A DNA stretch of 64,000 nt from Bdellovibrionota bacterium (GCA_041391365.1 JAWKOC010000001.1:514068-578067); one strand, 5' to 3'; numbered from the stretch's first letter, positions 46,048-56,286 are shown. The notes: generated from the sequence alone by a model not told the origin. A program made the numbers and translations.

Positions 46048-47462
46048 GAAGATTTTTCTTTTCCCTATTTGGATCAACTTTTTTTCTTAGTTTGCTTCTT
46101 TCGTATTTTCATTACCCATTTTTGTGGGTTGCATTGGGTGCGGGCATCCTCTTGATATGGGGAATTTATGATGTGCTTCAAACCAAACATACAATTTTAA
46201 GAAATTTTCCGATCATTGGACATTTTCGATATTTGTTTGAAATGATTCGACCTGAAATCAATCAATATTTCATTGAATCCAATACAGATGGAAAGCCATT
46301 CAGCCGTGAAATGAGATCTGTTGTTTATCAACGAGCGAAGAAAGAGTTGGATACCCTCCCCTTTGGAACGCAAAAAGACGTATACCGAGAAGGTCACGAA
46401 TGGATCTGTCATTCAATGTTTCCCATTGAAGTAGACAATAAAGATTTGAGATTGGTGATTGGGGGGAATGAGTGTCAGCAAAAATACCATTCGAGTCTAC
46501 TCAATATTTCCGCAATGAGTTATGGATCTTTGAGTAAAAATGCAGTCGAAGCCCTCAACCAAGGAGCAAAGCTAGGAAATTTTGCACACAATACAGGTGA
46601 AGGAGGCTTGTCAGAATATCACTTGAAACATGGTGGAGACCTAATCTGGCAAATTGGAACAGGATACTTTGGGGCGCGAACCTTGGATGGAAAATTCAAT
46701 CCAGAGCTGTTTCAAACCAATTCTCATCAACCCAGTGTAAAAATGATTGAACTAAAGCTTTCTCAAGGAGCCAAGCCCGGTCATGGTGGTATTTTGCCTG
46801 GAGTCAAGGTCAATCAAGAAATTGCACAAATTCGAAATGTAGAAATTGGAAAGGATGTTATCTCTCCCCCACATCATTCGGCTTTTCACGGATACGAAGA
46901 AATGTTGGACTTCATTGCTCACCTGCGTGAACTCTCTGGAGGGAAACCCATAGGAATCAAGTTTTGCTTGGGTCTTCGACGTGAATTTGATCGACTGTGC
47001 GATACGATGCACAGAAAAAACAGTTTTCCTGATTTTATTACCCTGGATGGTAGCGAAGGAGGAACAGGTGCTGCGCCTGTAGAGTTTTCCAATTCGATGG
47101 GGTACCCCTTGGACGATGCTTTAATTTTTGTCGATCAGTGTTTGAAAAACTATCATATTCGAGACAAAATGCGTGTTTTGTCATCCGGAAAGGTCGTAAC
47201 TGGATTCGACGTCATCAAACATTTGGCTTTGGGCGCAGATGCATGCAACAGTGCAAGAGCGATGATGTTTGCGTTAGGGTGCATTCAGGCATTGCGATGC
47301 AATACCAATCAATGCCCTACGGGAGTGGCTACGCAAGATCCAGAATTGGTCAAGGGATTGGACATTCACAATAAGGCAACCCGAGTCTACATGTTTCACA
47401 AAGAAACGATTCGAAGTGTTGCTGAGCTCATGGAGCGCTATGGGACTGAGACAAACTCATGA
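46044..47462 (+). CDS. FMN-binding glutamate synthase-family protein (GltB domain-2-like, membrane anchored); last ~36 codons displaced to another frame (to 47550)
   Basis: NISAMSYGSLS, GEGGLSEYH, KLSQGAKPGHGGILPG, TLDGSEGGTGAAP, CNTNQCPTGVATQDP. ATGA overlap with the marC-like stop. Confidence 0.85.
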   Translation: MRRFFFSLFGSTFFLSLLLSYFHYPFLWVALGAGILLIWGIYDVLQTKHTILRNFPIIGHFRYLFEMIRPEINQYFIESNTDGKPFSREMRSVVYQRAKKELDTLPFGTQKDVYREGHEWICHSMFPIEVDNKDLRLVIGGNECQQKYHSSLLNISAMSYGSLSKNAVEALNQGAKLGNFAHNTGEGGLSEYHLKHGGDLIWQIGTGYFGARTLDGKFNPELFQTNSHQPSVKMIELKLSQGAKPGHGGILPGVKVNQEIAQIRNVEIGKDVISPPHHSAFHGYEEMLDFIAHLRELSGGKPIGIKFCLGLRREFDRLCDTMHRKNSFPDFITLDGSEGGTGAAPVEFSNSMGYPLDDALIFVDQCLKNYHIRDKMRVLSSGKVVTGFDVIKHLALGADACNSARAMMFALGCIQALRCNTNQCPTGVATQDPELVKGLDIHNKATRVYMFHKETIRSVAELMERYGTETNS

Positions 47463-47662
47463 GATCAAAGCTCACCACGTGATGAGAAGGATTTCAAATT
47501 CATCGGTAATGAATGTAGACGAGATTTCGAAGAAATTTCATTCCATCTAAAATCGAATATTATCAAACGTTGGAACAGACTGAACTTCTTGATCATCTCG
47601 TTCGTCGGTTGGTTTATTGTCAATATCCTCATGAAGACTATCGACCAATTGAGAGATCTGAT

Positions 47663-48319
47663 TCATAACTTTAAATGAAGTCTCAAACACATTTTTGAGC
47701 AAATTTTTTCGCTGCAAAAGTTTTCTTCTTGCTGCATCCGCCAGACGTTGATTCCCGACACCAAATGATCGATGACTTCTGTGATTAGGTTGAGCTCCTT
47801 TCCAAGTTTATCGAATACCAAGCTCTGCTGTTGAAGTTCATTTTCTCGATAGTATCCAAACTTTCCTTCATAGGTTGAATCACCATACGTCAGAAGTTTT
47901 CGTCTCAAAAATGAATTTTGTACATTTGTATGTACTCGGGCTTTCAACACATCCACATGAAAAGGTTTTGGAATGTAATCCGCTGCCCCTAAGTACAAAT
48001 GACTTACAACCTCCTCAATATCATGCTTGATGGTAAGAATGAGAAAAGGAATTTCTCTGTATTTTTTGTATTTTTGTACACACTTCAAAAACGTTTTTCC
48101 TCCCATTTTGGGCATGAGCAAATCGCAAACGATGCAATCAATGTGATGTTGCTTCAATATTTTCAGGGCATCAATGCCGTTGGACGCAAAAAATACGTTG
48201 TAGTCTTCTTCAAGAGTAGACACTATCAAATGGGCTTCTAGCGAATTGTCCTCTACAGCCAACACACTAGGTTTGGTAAGATCTATGTTCGAAGGTATTG
48301 ATGGTGGATAAAGTTCCAT
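47663..48319 (-). CDS. response regulator (CheY-like receiver) with an uncharacterised C-terminal region; C-terminus probably continues in another frame to 47547
   Basis: VLAVEDNS, DCIVCDLLMPKMGG, LILT, ADYIPKPF. GGAGG Shine-Dalgarno 5 nt before ATG 48319. Confidence 0.8.
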   Translation of the reverse strand: MELYPPSIPSNIDLTKPSVLAVEDNSLEAHLIVSTLEEDYNVFFASNGIDALKILKQHHIDCIVCDLLMPKMGGKTFLKCVQKYKKYREIPFLILTIKHDIEEVVSHLYLGAADYIPKPFHVDVLKARVHTNVQNSFLRRKLLTYGDSTYEGKFGYYRENELQQQSLVFDKLGKELNLITEVIDHLVSGINVWRMQQEENFCSEKICSKMCLRLHLKL

Positions 48320-48559
48320 GGTGTCCTCCATGATGCACAAAGAAATTGGGGCTATGCCCAGCGTACCCTCTTGTCGAAGGCACTTCATGCTGAACTTCTA
48401 TTATATGACAACTTAAGAATAAATTAAATCCAATTATTATATAATAATTTAAGTAATATACGTTTTTTATAAGAATATTAGGAACATTTATTAGGATTTT
48501 AACCCCATCTTTGACTCTCAAATTTGCCAATTTGGGCTTGTGTTGATACATCTCCACCC

Positions 48560-49561
48560 ATGAATCATATTCGATCTTTGTTCTTTTTGTCTTTGGCGTG
48601 CTTGTTTTTGGTCACTTCATATGGATGCAACAAGTCAAAAAATGGCCCTACTCCGGAAGCAAAAACTTCGTACATGACCATTGGCACCGGGGGTCTTACA
48701 GGGGTTTACTACCCTACGGGTGCATCTTTGTGTTCGACTCTTCGAAAATACAAAGACGACAATCACATTCAGTGCAATGTTCAATCCACAGCTGGATCAG
48801 AATACAATCTCAATGCACTACACAAAAAGGAAATCGAATTTGGCATTGCTCAGTCGGACGTGGTCTATCGAGCGTGGGAAGGAATAGAACCTTTTCGTGA
48901 AAAATATGACAACGTAAGAAGTGTTTTTTCCATTTATTCGGAACCACTCAACTTGGTCGCTCGAAAAGATGCAGGAATCCATGAGCTTGAAGACATCAAA
49001 GGAAAGAGAATAAACATTGGTAGCCCTGGATCTGGACAAAAGAGAACGGCTTCAGATTTGTTGCAAAGTTGCAATATATCTATGGAGGATCTCGCCTTGG
49101 CCGGAGGACTCAAGCCTGCAGAAATGCCAGACGGTCTTCGAGACAAAAAGTTAGACGCCTACTTTTATACAGTGGCTCATCCAACCGCAAATATCAAAGA
49201 TATCGCCAATTCCATTCCCATTTCCATCGTGCCTTTGCGTGGTCCCTGTGTTGATCATTTTATCGCATCGAACCCCTATTATGTGAAAGCCAGAGTCCCT
49301 GGGGGAATCTATGATGGTGTCGATCAAGATGTGGATACTTTTGCGGTCAAAGCCACCCTTCTTACCCACAAAGATACTCCGGATGCAGTCGTTTATGAGC
49401 TGGTCAAAAGACTGGCTGAAAATTTACAAGATTTCAAAAACCTTCATCCTGCCTATCAAAACATCACGGTCGCTTCGATGCAGGATGGTTTGATCACTCC
49501 CATGCATCCGGGTGCCAAAAAATATTTTGAGGAAATTCGCACCAAACCCGAACAAAAGTAA
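48560..49561 (+). CDS. TAXI-family TRAP transporter solute-binding protein
   Basis: Lipoprotein leader ...LVTSYGC. TIGTGGLTGVYYPTGASLC and GIAQSDV motifs. Confidence 0.85.
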   Translation: MNHIRSLFFLSLACLFLVTSYGCNKSKNGPTPEAKTSYMTIGTGGLTGVYYPTGASLCSTLRKYKDDNHIQCNVQSTAGSEYNLNALHKKEIEFGIAQSDVVYRAWEGIEPFREKYDNVRSVFSIYSEPLNLVARKDAGIHELEDIKGKRINIGSPGSGQKRTASDLLQSCNISMEDLALAGGLKPAEMPDGLRDKKLDAYFYTVAHPTANIKDIANSIPISIVPLRGPCVDHFIASNPYYVKARVPGGIYDGVDQDVDTFAVKATLLTHKDTPDAVVYELVKRLAENLQDFKNLHPAYQNITVASMQDGLITPMHPGAKKYFEEIRTKPEQK

Positions 49562-49570
49562 GAACTTTTG

Positions 49571-51559
49571 ATGAACAAAAATCCGTCAAATGCTTTGAGG
49601 GCGATCGCTGGCATTGTAGCTTTCTCCTGGGCATTGTTTCAACTGATCATTCCTCTCTATCCCATCAACGATACACTTGTGCGAAGTCTGCACTTGTCTT
49701 TCGCAATGTTTTTGGTCTTTTTTCAATTCCCTTTGGGCAACAAAAAACCCCTCCAATGGTTACATTTGCTTTTTTCAATTCTAGGATGTTTTTCCGCACT
49801 TTACCTTTTTTTGGATTATGAAGGACTCTCCAGTAGACCAGGCATGCCTCTCTGGAGAGATTTACTTGTATCTGTAGTTGGAATTGCACTGTTGCTGGAG
49901 GCATCTCGAAGAAGCTTAGGAATTGCACTTCCCATCCTTGTCGTGGGATTCATCATGTATTGTTTTTTTGGTCCCTATATGCCAGAGATCATCAGCCATC
50001 GAGGAGCATCTTTTTCCAAGACCATGGACCATTTGTATCTAACCACAGAAGGTGTTTTTGGAGTTCCACTGCGCGTAAGTGCAAGTTTTGTCTTCTTATT
50101 TGTTCTCTTGGGGTCATTGTTGGAAAAAGCAGGGGCATCCAAATACTTCATCGATCTATCTTTTTCTTTATTGGGTAAATTTCGAGCCGGGCCTGCAAAA
50201 GCTGCAGTCGTAGCATCTGGTTTGACGGGAATGATCTCAGGATCATCCATTGCCAATACTGTCACAACGGGTACGTTCACGATACCCTTGATGAAAAAAA
50301 TTGGCTTTACGCCGGAAAAAGCTGCTGCAATCGAAGTGGCTGCATCTACAAATGGTCAACTGATGCCACCTCTCATGGGAGCTGCCGCATTCATCATCGC
50401 CGAATTTTTAGGAATCTCATATATCGATGTTGTCAAAGCTTCGGTGATCCCCGCGTTTGTATCGTACATTGGTTTGTTTTTTTTGGTTCATTTTGAATCA
50501 TTCAAAATAAACCTAAAGCCATACGACGGATACATCGAGGCCTTTGCCAGTATTTTTATCAAAGGAATTCATTTTCTCTTGCCCATTGCAGCTCTAGTGA
50601 TTTCTCTGGCATGGCTGAAACTTTCGGCCACGCTTGCTGCTTTTTATGCATGTCTATGTGTATTGGGTCTTATGCTGATAAAAAATTCAATTAACATCAT
50701 TCAGAAGAAAACCACGCTCTATCAAGGAGCAAAAATCTTCGCTTGTCAGGTCTATGATTCCATGACTAGCGGGAGCAAAAATATGGTTCCCATATCTATT
50801 GCAACAGCAACGGCCGGAATGATTGTAGGTACCATTACCTTGACCGGGTTAGGTCAAAGCATGATCAACGTCATTGAAATGTTGTCATTTGGAAATATCT
50901 ACCTTGTCTTGATTATGGTAGCGCTGACCTGCTTGATTCTCGGGATGGGACTCCCTACCACGGCGAATTATATCGTAGTTTCCTCCGTCTCTGCTCCCAT
51001 CATTCTCCAATTGGGAATCAAACAAGGTTTTATCATACCGGCAATTGCCGCCCACCTCTTTGTTTTCTATTTTGGAATCCTGGCCGATGATACACCTCCT
51101 GTTGGATTGGCTGCCTATGCGGCGGCAGGAATTGCCAAGTCAAATCCAGTACAAACAGGAATTCAGGGTTTTTTGTACGACATTCGAACTGCTATCCTTC
51201 CTTTTGCTTTTGTTTTCAATCCAAACTTGCTTTTGCTGGTGGGGGTCAAGGAGCAGGAAACTGGTTTTTATGCATCCCATTGGATTTGGATTGAGTCACC
51301 TTTGCAAATGATAGGAATCTTCATGATGGCCACCGTGGGAATGATCGCGTTTGTAAGCTCGATCTCAGGTTATATGAGAACAAAATTGTCTGCAACAGAC
51401 CGTATTCTTCTTCTGATTGTCAGCTACTATTTTTTTCGATTTGATCAAATGATGCATCAAAAAATGTTCATGACAATCCTACACTGCTTAGGTATGGTTT
51501 TTATGCTTTTCATTGTCCTGTATAGACAATGGCCATTTTTAAAAAGGAAGGCAATATGA
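49571..51559 (+). CDS. TRAP transporter fused permease (TAXI-type)
   Basis: About 660 aa and highly hydrophobic, with the ANTVTTGTFTIPLMKK motif. Directly follows the TAXI receptor gene. Confidence 0.85.
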   Translation: MNKNPSNALRAIAGIVAFSWALFQLIIPLYPINDTLVRSLHLSFAMFLVFFQFPLGNKKPLQWLHLLFSILGCFSALYLFLDYEGLSSRPGMPLWRDLLVSVVGIALLLEASRRSLGIALPILVVGFIMYCFFGPYMPEIISHRGASFSKTMDHLYLTTEGVFGVPLRVSASFVFLFVLLGSLLEKAGASKYFIDLSFSLLGKFRAGPAKAAVVASGLTGMISGSSIANTVTTGTFTIPLMKKIGFTPEKAAAIEVAASTNGQLMPPLMGAAAFIIAEFLGISYIDVVKASVIPAFVSYIGLFFLVHFESFKINLKPYDGYIEAFASIFIKGIHFLLPIAALVISLAWLKLSATLAAFYACLCVLGLMLIKNSINIIQKKTTLYQGAKIFACQVYDSMTSGSKNMVPISIATATAGMIVGTITLTGLGQSMINVIEMLSFGNIYLVLIMVALTCLILGMGLPTTANYIVVSSVSAPIILQLGIKQGFIIPAIAAHLFVFYFGILADDTPPVGLAAYAAAGIAKSNPVQTGIQGFLYDIRTAILPFAFVFNPNLLLLVGVKEQETGFYASHWIWIESPLQMIGIFMMATVGMIAFVSSISGYMRTKLSATDRILLLIVSYYFFRFDQMMHQKMFMTILHCLGMVFMLFIVLYRQWPFLKRKAI

Positions 51560-52026
51560 AAGACTTTGTAGCTTCTATGGATAAAGTTGCCCATGCATTT
51601 GAGGAAAAGTTTTTTAGCCAAAGTGATCATGAAAAACTCAAAGCCCTTCAGGAAAAAATTGCAAAGGAAAATGAGATTGCATCTCTTCGCAAACAATTGG
51701 GAGATGTCGACAATCAAGTACTAGAAACGTTTCTCAAGAAAAACCTCACGTCAAAAAACATTGCTGGACTTCTTTTTTTTCCATTGATTGTGGTTGCATG
51801 GGCAGATGAAACCTTGGATCAAAAAGAAAAAAAAGCCATCCTTGAAAGTTTAAAAAGCTGCAGCATCGACAATCAGTCAATGACTTTTGCATTGATTCAA
51901 TCTTGGCTGGAAAATAGGCCTACTCAAGATCTTGAAAAATTGTGGGAAAGCTACATTGATGGAATATTTGCTTCCATGAGTGTAGACGAAAAAAAGGTGT
52001 TTATCTGGCCACCATGGCGAGAGTGA
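51556..52026 (+). CDS. TerB-like hypothetical protein (C-terminus possibly frame-broken)
   Basis: VVAWADETLDQKEKKAILESL resembles the TerB-type AWADG..ER pattern. ATGA overlap with the permease stop. Confidence 0.45.
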   Translation: MKDFVASMDKVAHAFEEKFFSQSDHEKLKALQEKIAKENEIASLRKQLGDVDNQVLETFLKKNLTSKNIAGLLFFPLIVVAWADETLDQKEKKAILESLKSCSIDNQSMTFALIQSWLENRPTQDLEKLWESYIDGIFASMSVDEKKVFIWPPWRE

Positions 52027-52145
52027 AAAAATTTCTCAGGCCAGTAGAAGTTTCTTTGGATTGGGTCCAAAAACTTCATCCAAAGAGCACAGAAAATTGC
52101 TTATTTTGATGATTTTTTTCGATCTAAACTTTAATAAAAAGATTT

Positions 52146-52703
52146 ATGCAGCAGTTGTCCATTCATTTTTTGTTCGAAAGACTTTTCTCTTTTGCATACA
52201 ACAAATCTTACTTTCCATCTGAAATTCACTTGCCCGCAATCTCCAAAACATATTTTGTAGAATATCAAAAAAAAGCTGATGTTTTTCGATGGGAAAAAAA
52301 AGGCTCTCATCTCATCATCTATGGTAGCCATCGAAGGCGTACACTGATTCGCAAACAAATTTTTCAAGCCCTGAAAACAGATTGTCAAATGGCATTTACG
52401 CCAAGACTTCGTGAGATGTCTCAACAATACAATCTTTCGTTTCGAAATGTACGTTACAAGACTCAAAAAACACTCTGGGGAAGTTGCTCAGAATTGAAAA
52501 ATTTAAATTTTAACATTCGGCTACTTTTTCTTCCAACCCCGTTGGTTGAATATGTATTTCTTCATGAACTTTGCCATACACGCCATCTCGATCATTCCAA
52601 ACGATTTTGGTCACTTGTGCAGCAACACGATCCACATTACAAAATACAGGAAAAAAAATTGGAAAGTGCCTCGGAGTATCTACCTCAATGGGCAAAACTA
52701 TAG
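52146..52703 (+). CDS. YgjP/DUF45-family metal-dependent hydrolase (M48-like)
   Basis: Zincin motif HELCHTRHLDHSKRFWSLV near the C-terminus. Confidence 0.8.
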   Translation: MQQLSIHFLFERLFSFAYNKSYFPSEIHLPAISKTYFVEYQKKADVFRWEKKGSHLIIYGSHRRRTLIRKQIFQALKTDCQMAFTPRLREMSQQYNLSFRNVRYKTQKTLWGSCSELKNLNFNIRLLFLPTPLVEYVFLHELCHTRHLDHSKRFWSLVQQHDPHYKIQEKKLESASEYLPQWAKL

Positions 52704-52733
52704 GTTTTTATCATTTTCTATAATCAAGGTTTT

Positions 52734-53864
52734 CTAATAGTTTTTTAGCTGGTTGAAGGTGTAAATTCCCGTGTTGTGACGATCTGACCAAGAAACTTGC
52801 AAACCATACCTTCCCACCGGCCGGAATCCAACAGGATGAACATCATCAGACACTTGCTCGCGAGTGATGATTCTTTTTCCGGTGTCTTCACTGACACATT
52901 GAGCACAAGGACACTGATAGCGAAGTTCTTTGGACAATATTTTTGATACGCTTCCGTCTGGCCAGGTCAAAATAACATGACGCTCATCCGAAGAGATTTC
53001 CTTGGGACTGACTTCGTTTTTGGACGTATTTTCTTCAACTTCATGCAGCGATTTTTCCAGACCCGACACAATGCTTTTGATGGCTTTCGCTGCCGCACTG
53101 TCTTCTTTTAACATAAAAGGGTCTCCGGTATCGCCTGCAATGGCCAACATAGGATCCAATGGAATGCTTCCCAAAAATGGAATTCCATATTGTTTGGCGT
53201 GAGCTTGCCCTCCTCCCTTTCGAAATGGAGTGCTTTCTTCATCGCAATGAGGGCACACAAATCCGCTCATGTTTTCAATCAATCCCAAAATAGGTACGCG
53301 GACTTCGTCGAACATTCGAATTCCTCGCATGGTAATACCAACAGCTACTTCCGAGGGAGAAGTCACAATGACCGCTCCACGCAAACTCGCCAACTGCGTC
53401 AAGGTAAGTTGGACATCTCCTGTCCCAGGAGGAAGATCAATCAAGAGATAGTCCAATGGCCCCCAATCCACATTGGCCAAAAATTGTTGAATCAATTTTG
53501 TAGCCATGGGACCTCTCCAAATGACTGGAGTATTGTCATCGGTTAGCAAGCCCATCGACATAAAAGAAATGCCATGTCGATCGATGGGAACAATTTTTCC
53601 ATTTCTTTGCTCTGGTTCATCAAATCCATGAAGCATTTTGGGAATGGACGGTCCGTATACATCCGCATCCATCAAACCAACTTTTTTCCCCAGTCGGGCT
53701 AGGCCAGCAGCCAATTGTGTCGCAACGGTCGACTTACCGACTCCTCCTTTGCCACTGGAAACTGCAATAACATGCTTTATTCCGACCAAATTTTGGTCCA
53801 GCGGAGACATGGCCGGTTGAGATGGGGTTGGTTTGGGTTGAAAATTGGGCAATTCTTTCGACAT
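52734..53864 (-). CDS. apbC: Mrp/NBP35-family Fe-S cluster carrier ATPase ApbC fused to a C-terminal DUF971 domain
   Basis: Deviant Walker A SGKGGVGKST, CPHC cluster-ligand motif, and the C-terminal ~90 residues with the CPCAQC and GLQVSWSD pattern of DUF971. Confidence 0.9.
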   Translation of the reverse strand: MSKELPNFQPKPTPSQPAMSPLDQNLVGIKHVIAVSSGKGGVGKSTVATQLAAGLARLGKKVGLMDADVYGPSIPKMLHGFDEPEQRNGKIVPIDRHGISFMSMGLLTDDNTPVIWRGPMATKLIQQFLANVDWGPLDYLLIDLPPGTGDVQLTLTQLASLRGAVIVTSPSEVAVGITMRGIRMFDEVRVPILGLIENMSGFVCPHCDEESTPFRKGGGQAHAKQYGIPFLGSIPLDPMLAIAGDTGDPFMLKEDSAAAKAIKSIVSGLEKSLHEVEENTSKNEVSPKEISSDERHVILTWPDGSVSKILSKELRYQCPCAQCVSEDTGKRIITREQVSDDVHPVGFRPVGRYGLQVSWSDRHNTGIYTFNQLKNY

Positions 53865-53969
53865 ATGGAGCTCATGTAGCCTATTTTCTATGACAATTCA
53901 ACACCTTATCTATAGGAGCACCTCTTTTCATTGAGTACATTCGGCCAAAATATGATATAAGGCCTTCTC

Positions 53970-55127
53970 ATGAATACAGTCTCCTTGGCCATTTCAAAAT
54001 ATATGGAAGAACCAAGGTACAGTGTTGCCAACAGTTCCACAAAACTGCTTCAAGATGGACCTGAAGTTTTTCACAAAATGATCGAATTGATCGATGAAGC
54101 TCAGAGTTCCATCGACCTTGAAATCTATGCTTTCATGGACGATCGATCCGGCTTCGCCATCCAAAAAGCACTTCTCAAAGCACTGCATCGAGGGTGCAAT
54201 GTCAGAATCATTTATGATTCATTCGGAAGTTTCAATACCAAATCTTCTTTTTTCGAAAAACTCAAACAATCGGGTGCAAAAATCATGGAATTTCACCCTC
54301 TATGGTCCCCAGGAAAAAAAATGTTTGGTTTTCACCTGCGCTCGCGAAATCATAGAAAAGTATTGATCGTCGATGACCTTCGTTGCATCATCGGTGGACT
54401 TAACATCGGAGATGAATATTTCAAGCCTGTTTCGGCTGGAGGAATTCATGATTTGGCGATCTATCTCAAAGGTCAAATAGCGTTGCAAGCTCTTACCATT
54501 TTTGAAAGCACATGGAAAAACACGATTCGGATTCCTATTCTGATCAACAAAGCAAAATCGACTCCCCTACTGACAGAAAATAGCAATCAATTGCAAATTC
54601 TCGGATCCAAACCCATACGATATCGATGGAAAATTCGTAAAACCATTCATCATGCAATCAAAAATGCAACTAAGAGTATTGATATTATCAATCCCTATTT
54701 TGTTCCTCCGTCAGGATTGGCCAGGGCTTTGAAAAATGCTGCAGCTCGTGGTGTAAAAGTTCGCATTTTGGTTCCAAAAAAATCAGATTTACCCTTGGTT
54801 CATTTGGCTTCTTATGTTGCTCGCAATAGATTGTTGCACCATGGTGTAGAGTTTTATTCATGGCCGGGTTTTGTTCACGCCAAAGCCATGTTGATCGATG
54901 ATCAGTGGTTCTCTGTGGGAAGTTATAACCTTGACTATCAAAGCTTGAAATGGAATCTTGAAGTGATTGTCAATGGCTATTGCCCAAACATCCTCTCTTC
55001 GTTGAAAAAAGTAATGGATGAGGATTTTGGAAAAGCTGAAAAATATACCTCATCGACATGGAAAAAGTTTCATTTTTCCAAAAGGTTTTTTGCGGATTTT
55101 TTGTACAGCATCCGGACTTTCCTTTAA
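53970..55127 (+). CDS. phospholipase D-family cardiolipin synthase-like protein (ClsB-type, no TM)
   Basis: Two HKD motifs: NHRKVLIVDD...GGLNIGDEY and VHAKAMLIDD...GSYNLD. Confidence 0.85.
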   Translation: MNTVSLAISKYMEEPRYSVANSSTKLLQDGPEVFHKMIELIDEAQSSIDLEIYAFMDDRSGFAIQKALLKALHRGCNVRIIYDSFGSFNTKSSFFEKLKQSGAKIMEFHPLWSPGKKMFGFHLRSRNHRKVLIVDDLRCIIGGLNIGDEYFKPVSAGGIHDLAIYLKGQIALQALTIFESTWKNTIRIPILINKAKSTPLLTENSNQLQILGSKPIRYRWKIRKTIHHAIKNATKSIDIINPYFVPPSGLARALKNAAARGVKVRILVPKKSDLPLVHLASYVARNRLLHHGVEFYSWPGFVHAKAMLIDDQWFSVGSYNLDYQSLKWNLEVIVNGYCPNILSSLKKVMDEDFGKAEKYTSSTWKKFHFSKRFFADFLYSIRTFL

Positions 55128-55140
55128 AATTCTTTCCTGA

Positions 55141-56286
55141 TTGTATATGACGACTTGGACCCCCAACATAGAAGCGCTCATTCTCGATCGCTTAGAGTGT
55201 ATGCTTGTGAAATATGTTGGACCTAATGAATACCATTTGTGCAACGAAAAGCCAAAATGGATTGCCTGGATCGATTATGATCGACAAAAAATTGAAATCG
55301 AAAAACCACGCAAGTTTGATCTCATCGAACTTTTTCCCGAGCTCAAAAGCTTTCTTCCCTATGCCAAAGAATCCTGGAAACAATCTCCCTTTTCTGTGAT
55401 TCATTCAGATCCTTGGAAGCAAAAAGTAGATCATATTAAAGAACACATTTGGCTTCAGGCTACTTCCTTTTCCATTGAGAGTGAGTTTTTTCTTGTTCTT
55501 CAAGATATTTCCCACAGCATTCCTTTGATGCAGGACCATGAAAAAATTTCCAAGGGACATTCTGAGGATCTGCGAAAAATTGCAGAGAAAGCTCACGAAG
55601 CTAATGAAACCAAGAGTGCTTTTTTGGCGAACATGAGTCACGAACTGAGAACTCCTCTCAACTCGATCATCGGGTTTTCAAACTTGCTGTTGAAAAACAA
55701 AAGTATTTTACCTGACTCACAAGAATTTGTTTTCTTGGAAAAAATCAAATCCAATGGCATTCATCTGTTATCATTGATCAACGATATTTTGGATTTGTCC
55801 AAAATTGAAGCAAAAAAAATGGATCTTCATTTGAGAGATACCAATCTCTCGGATTTGATTCAAGAAACAGTCCAAGAAATGGAGGGACTTCGATCTACCA
55901 AAAATGTCAAAGTCGAAATGGACATCCCCTTTCAACTACTTCCCATCAAGACAGATCGAAAAAAATTGAAACAAGTCCTATTGAACCTGATTTCGAATGC
56001 ATATAAGTTTGCGGAAAATAAATCTGTCACTGTCCGAGTAGATGCAAAAGATCACATTCCCTCTCGTATTTTGATGATTGATACAGGAATTGGCATTCCT
56101 AAAGAAAAATTGGATGAAATCTTTGAAAGTTTTCAGCAGGCAGATACAACTTCTGCGAGAAAGTTTGAAGGTACAGGTTTGGGATTGACGATCTCAAAAT
56201 CTCTTTGTGCTCTTCTTGGATACAAGATCACGGTAGCCAGTACCGTAAAAAAAGGATCTACCTTTATCATTCATTTGAATGCGTAG
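55141..56286 (+). CDS. cytoplasmic sensor histidine kinase
   Basis: H-box FLANMSHELRTPLNSI, N-box LISNAYKF, and G-boxes DTGIGIP and GTGLGL. No TM segment. First ATG at 55147. Confidence 0.9.
   Translation: MYMTTWTPNIEALILDRLECMLVKYVGPNEYHLCNEKPKWIAWIDYDRQKIEIEKPRKFDLIELFPELKSFLPYAKESWKQSPFSVIHSDPWKQKVDHIKEHIWLQATSFSIESEFFLVLQDISHSIPLMQDHEKISKGHSEDLRKIAEKAHEANETKSAFLANMSHELRTPLNSIIGFSNLLLKNKSILPDSQEFVFLEKIKSNGIHLLSLINDILDLSKIEAKKMDLHLRDTNLSDLIQETVQEMEGLRSTKNVKVEMDIPFQLLPIKTDRKKLKQVLLNLISNAYKFAENKSVTVRVDAKDHIPSRILMIDTGIGIPKEKLDEIFESFQQADTTSARKFEGTGLGLTISKSLCALLGYKITVASTVKKGSTFIIHLNA

Noticed and set aside
51987-52145. Extension of the TerB-like gene (the frame-2 reading ...SEKISQASRSFFGLGPKTSSKEHRKLLILMIFF resembles the SGGFLGLGSKIS tail of TerB-like proteins)
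   Set aside because: It would need at least two corrections, in the A7 run at 51987-51993 and the T7 run near 52108-52114. The same DNA also forms a 9-bp inverted repeat (TCTTTGGAT...ATCCAAAGA) that could simply be a terminator. I left it as a possibility inside the global frameshift finding.
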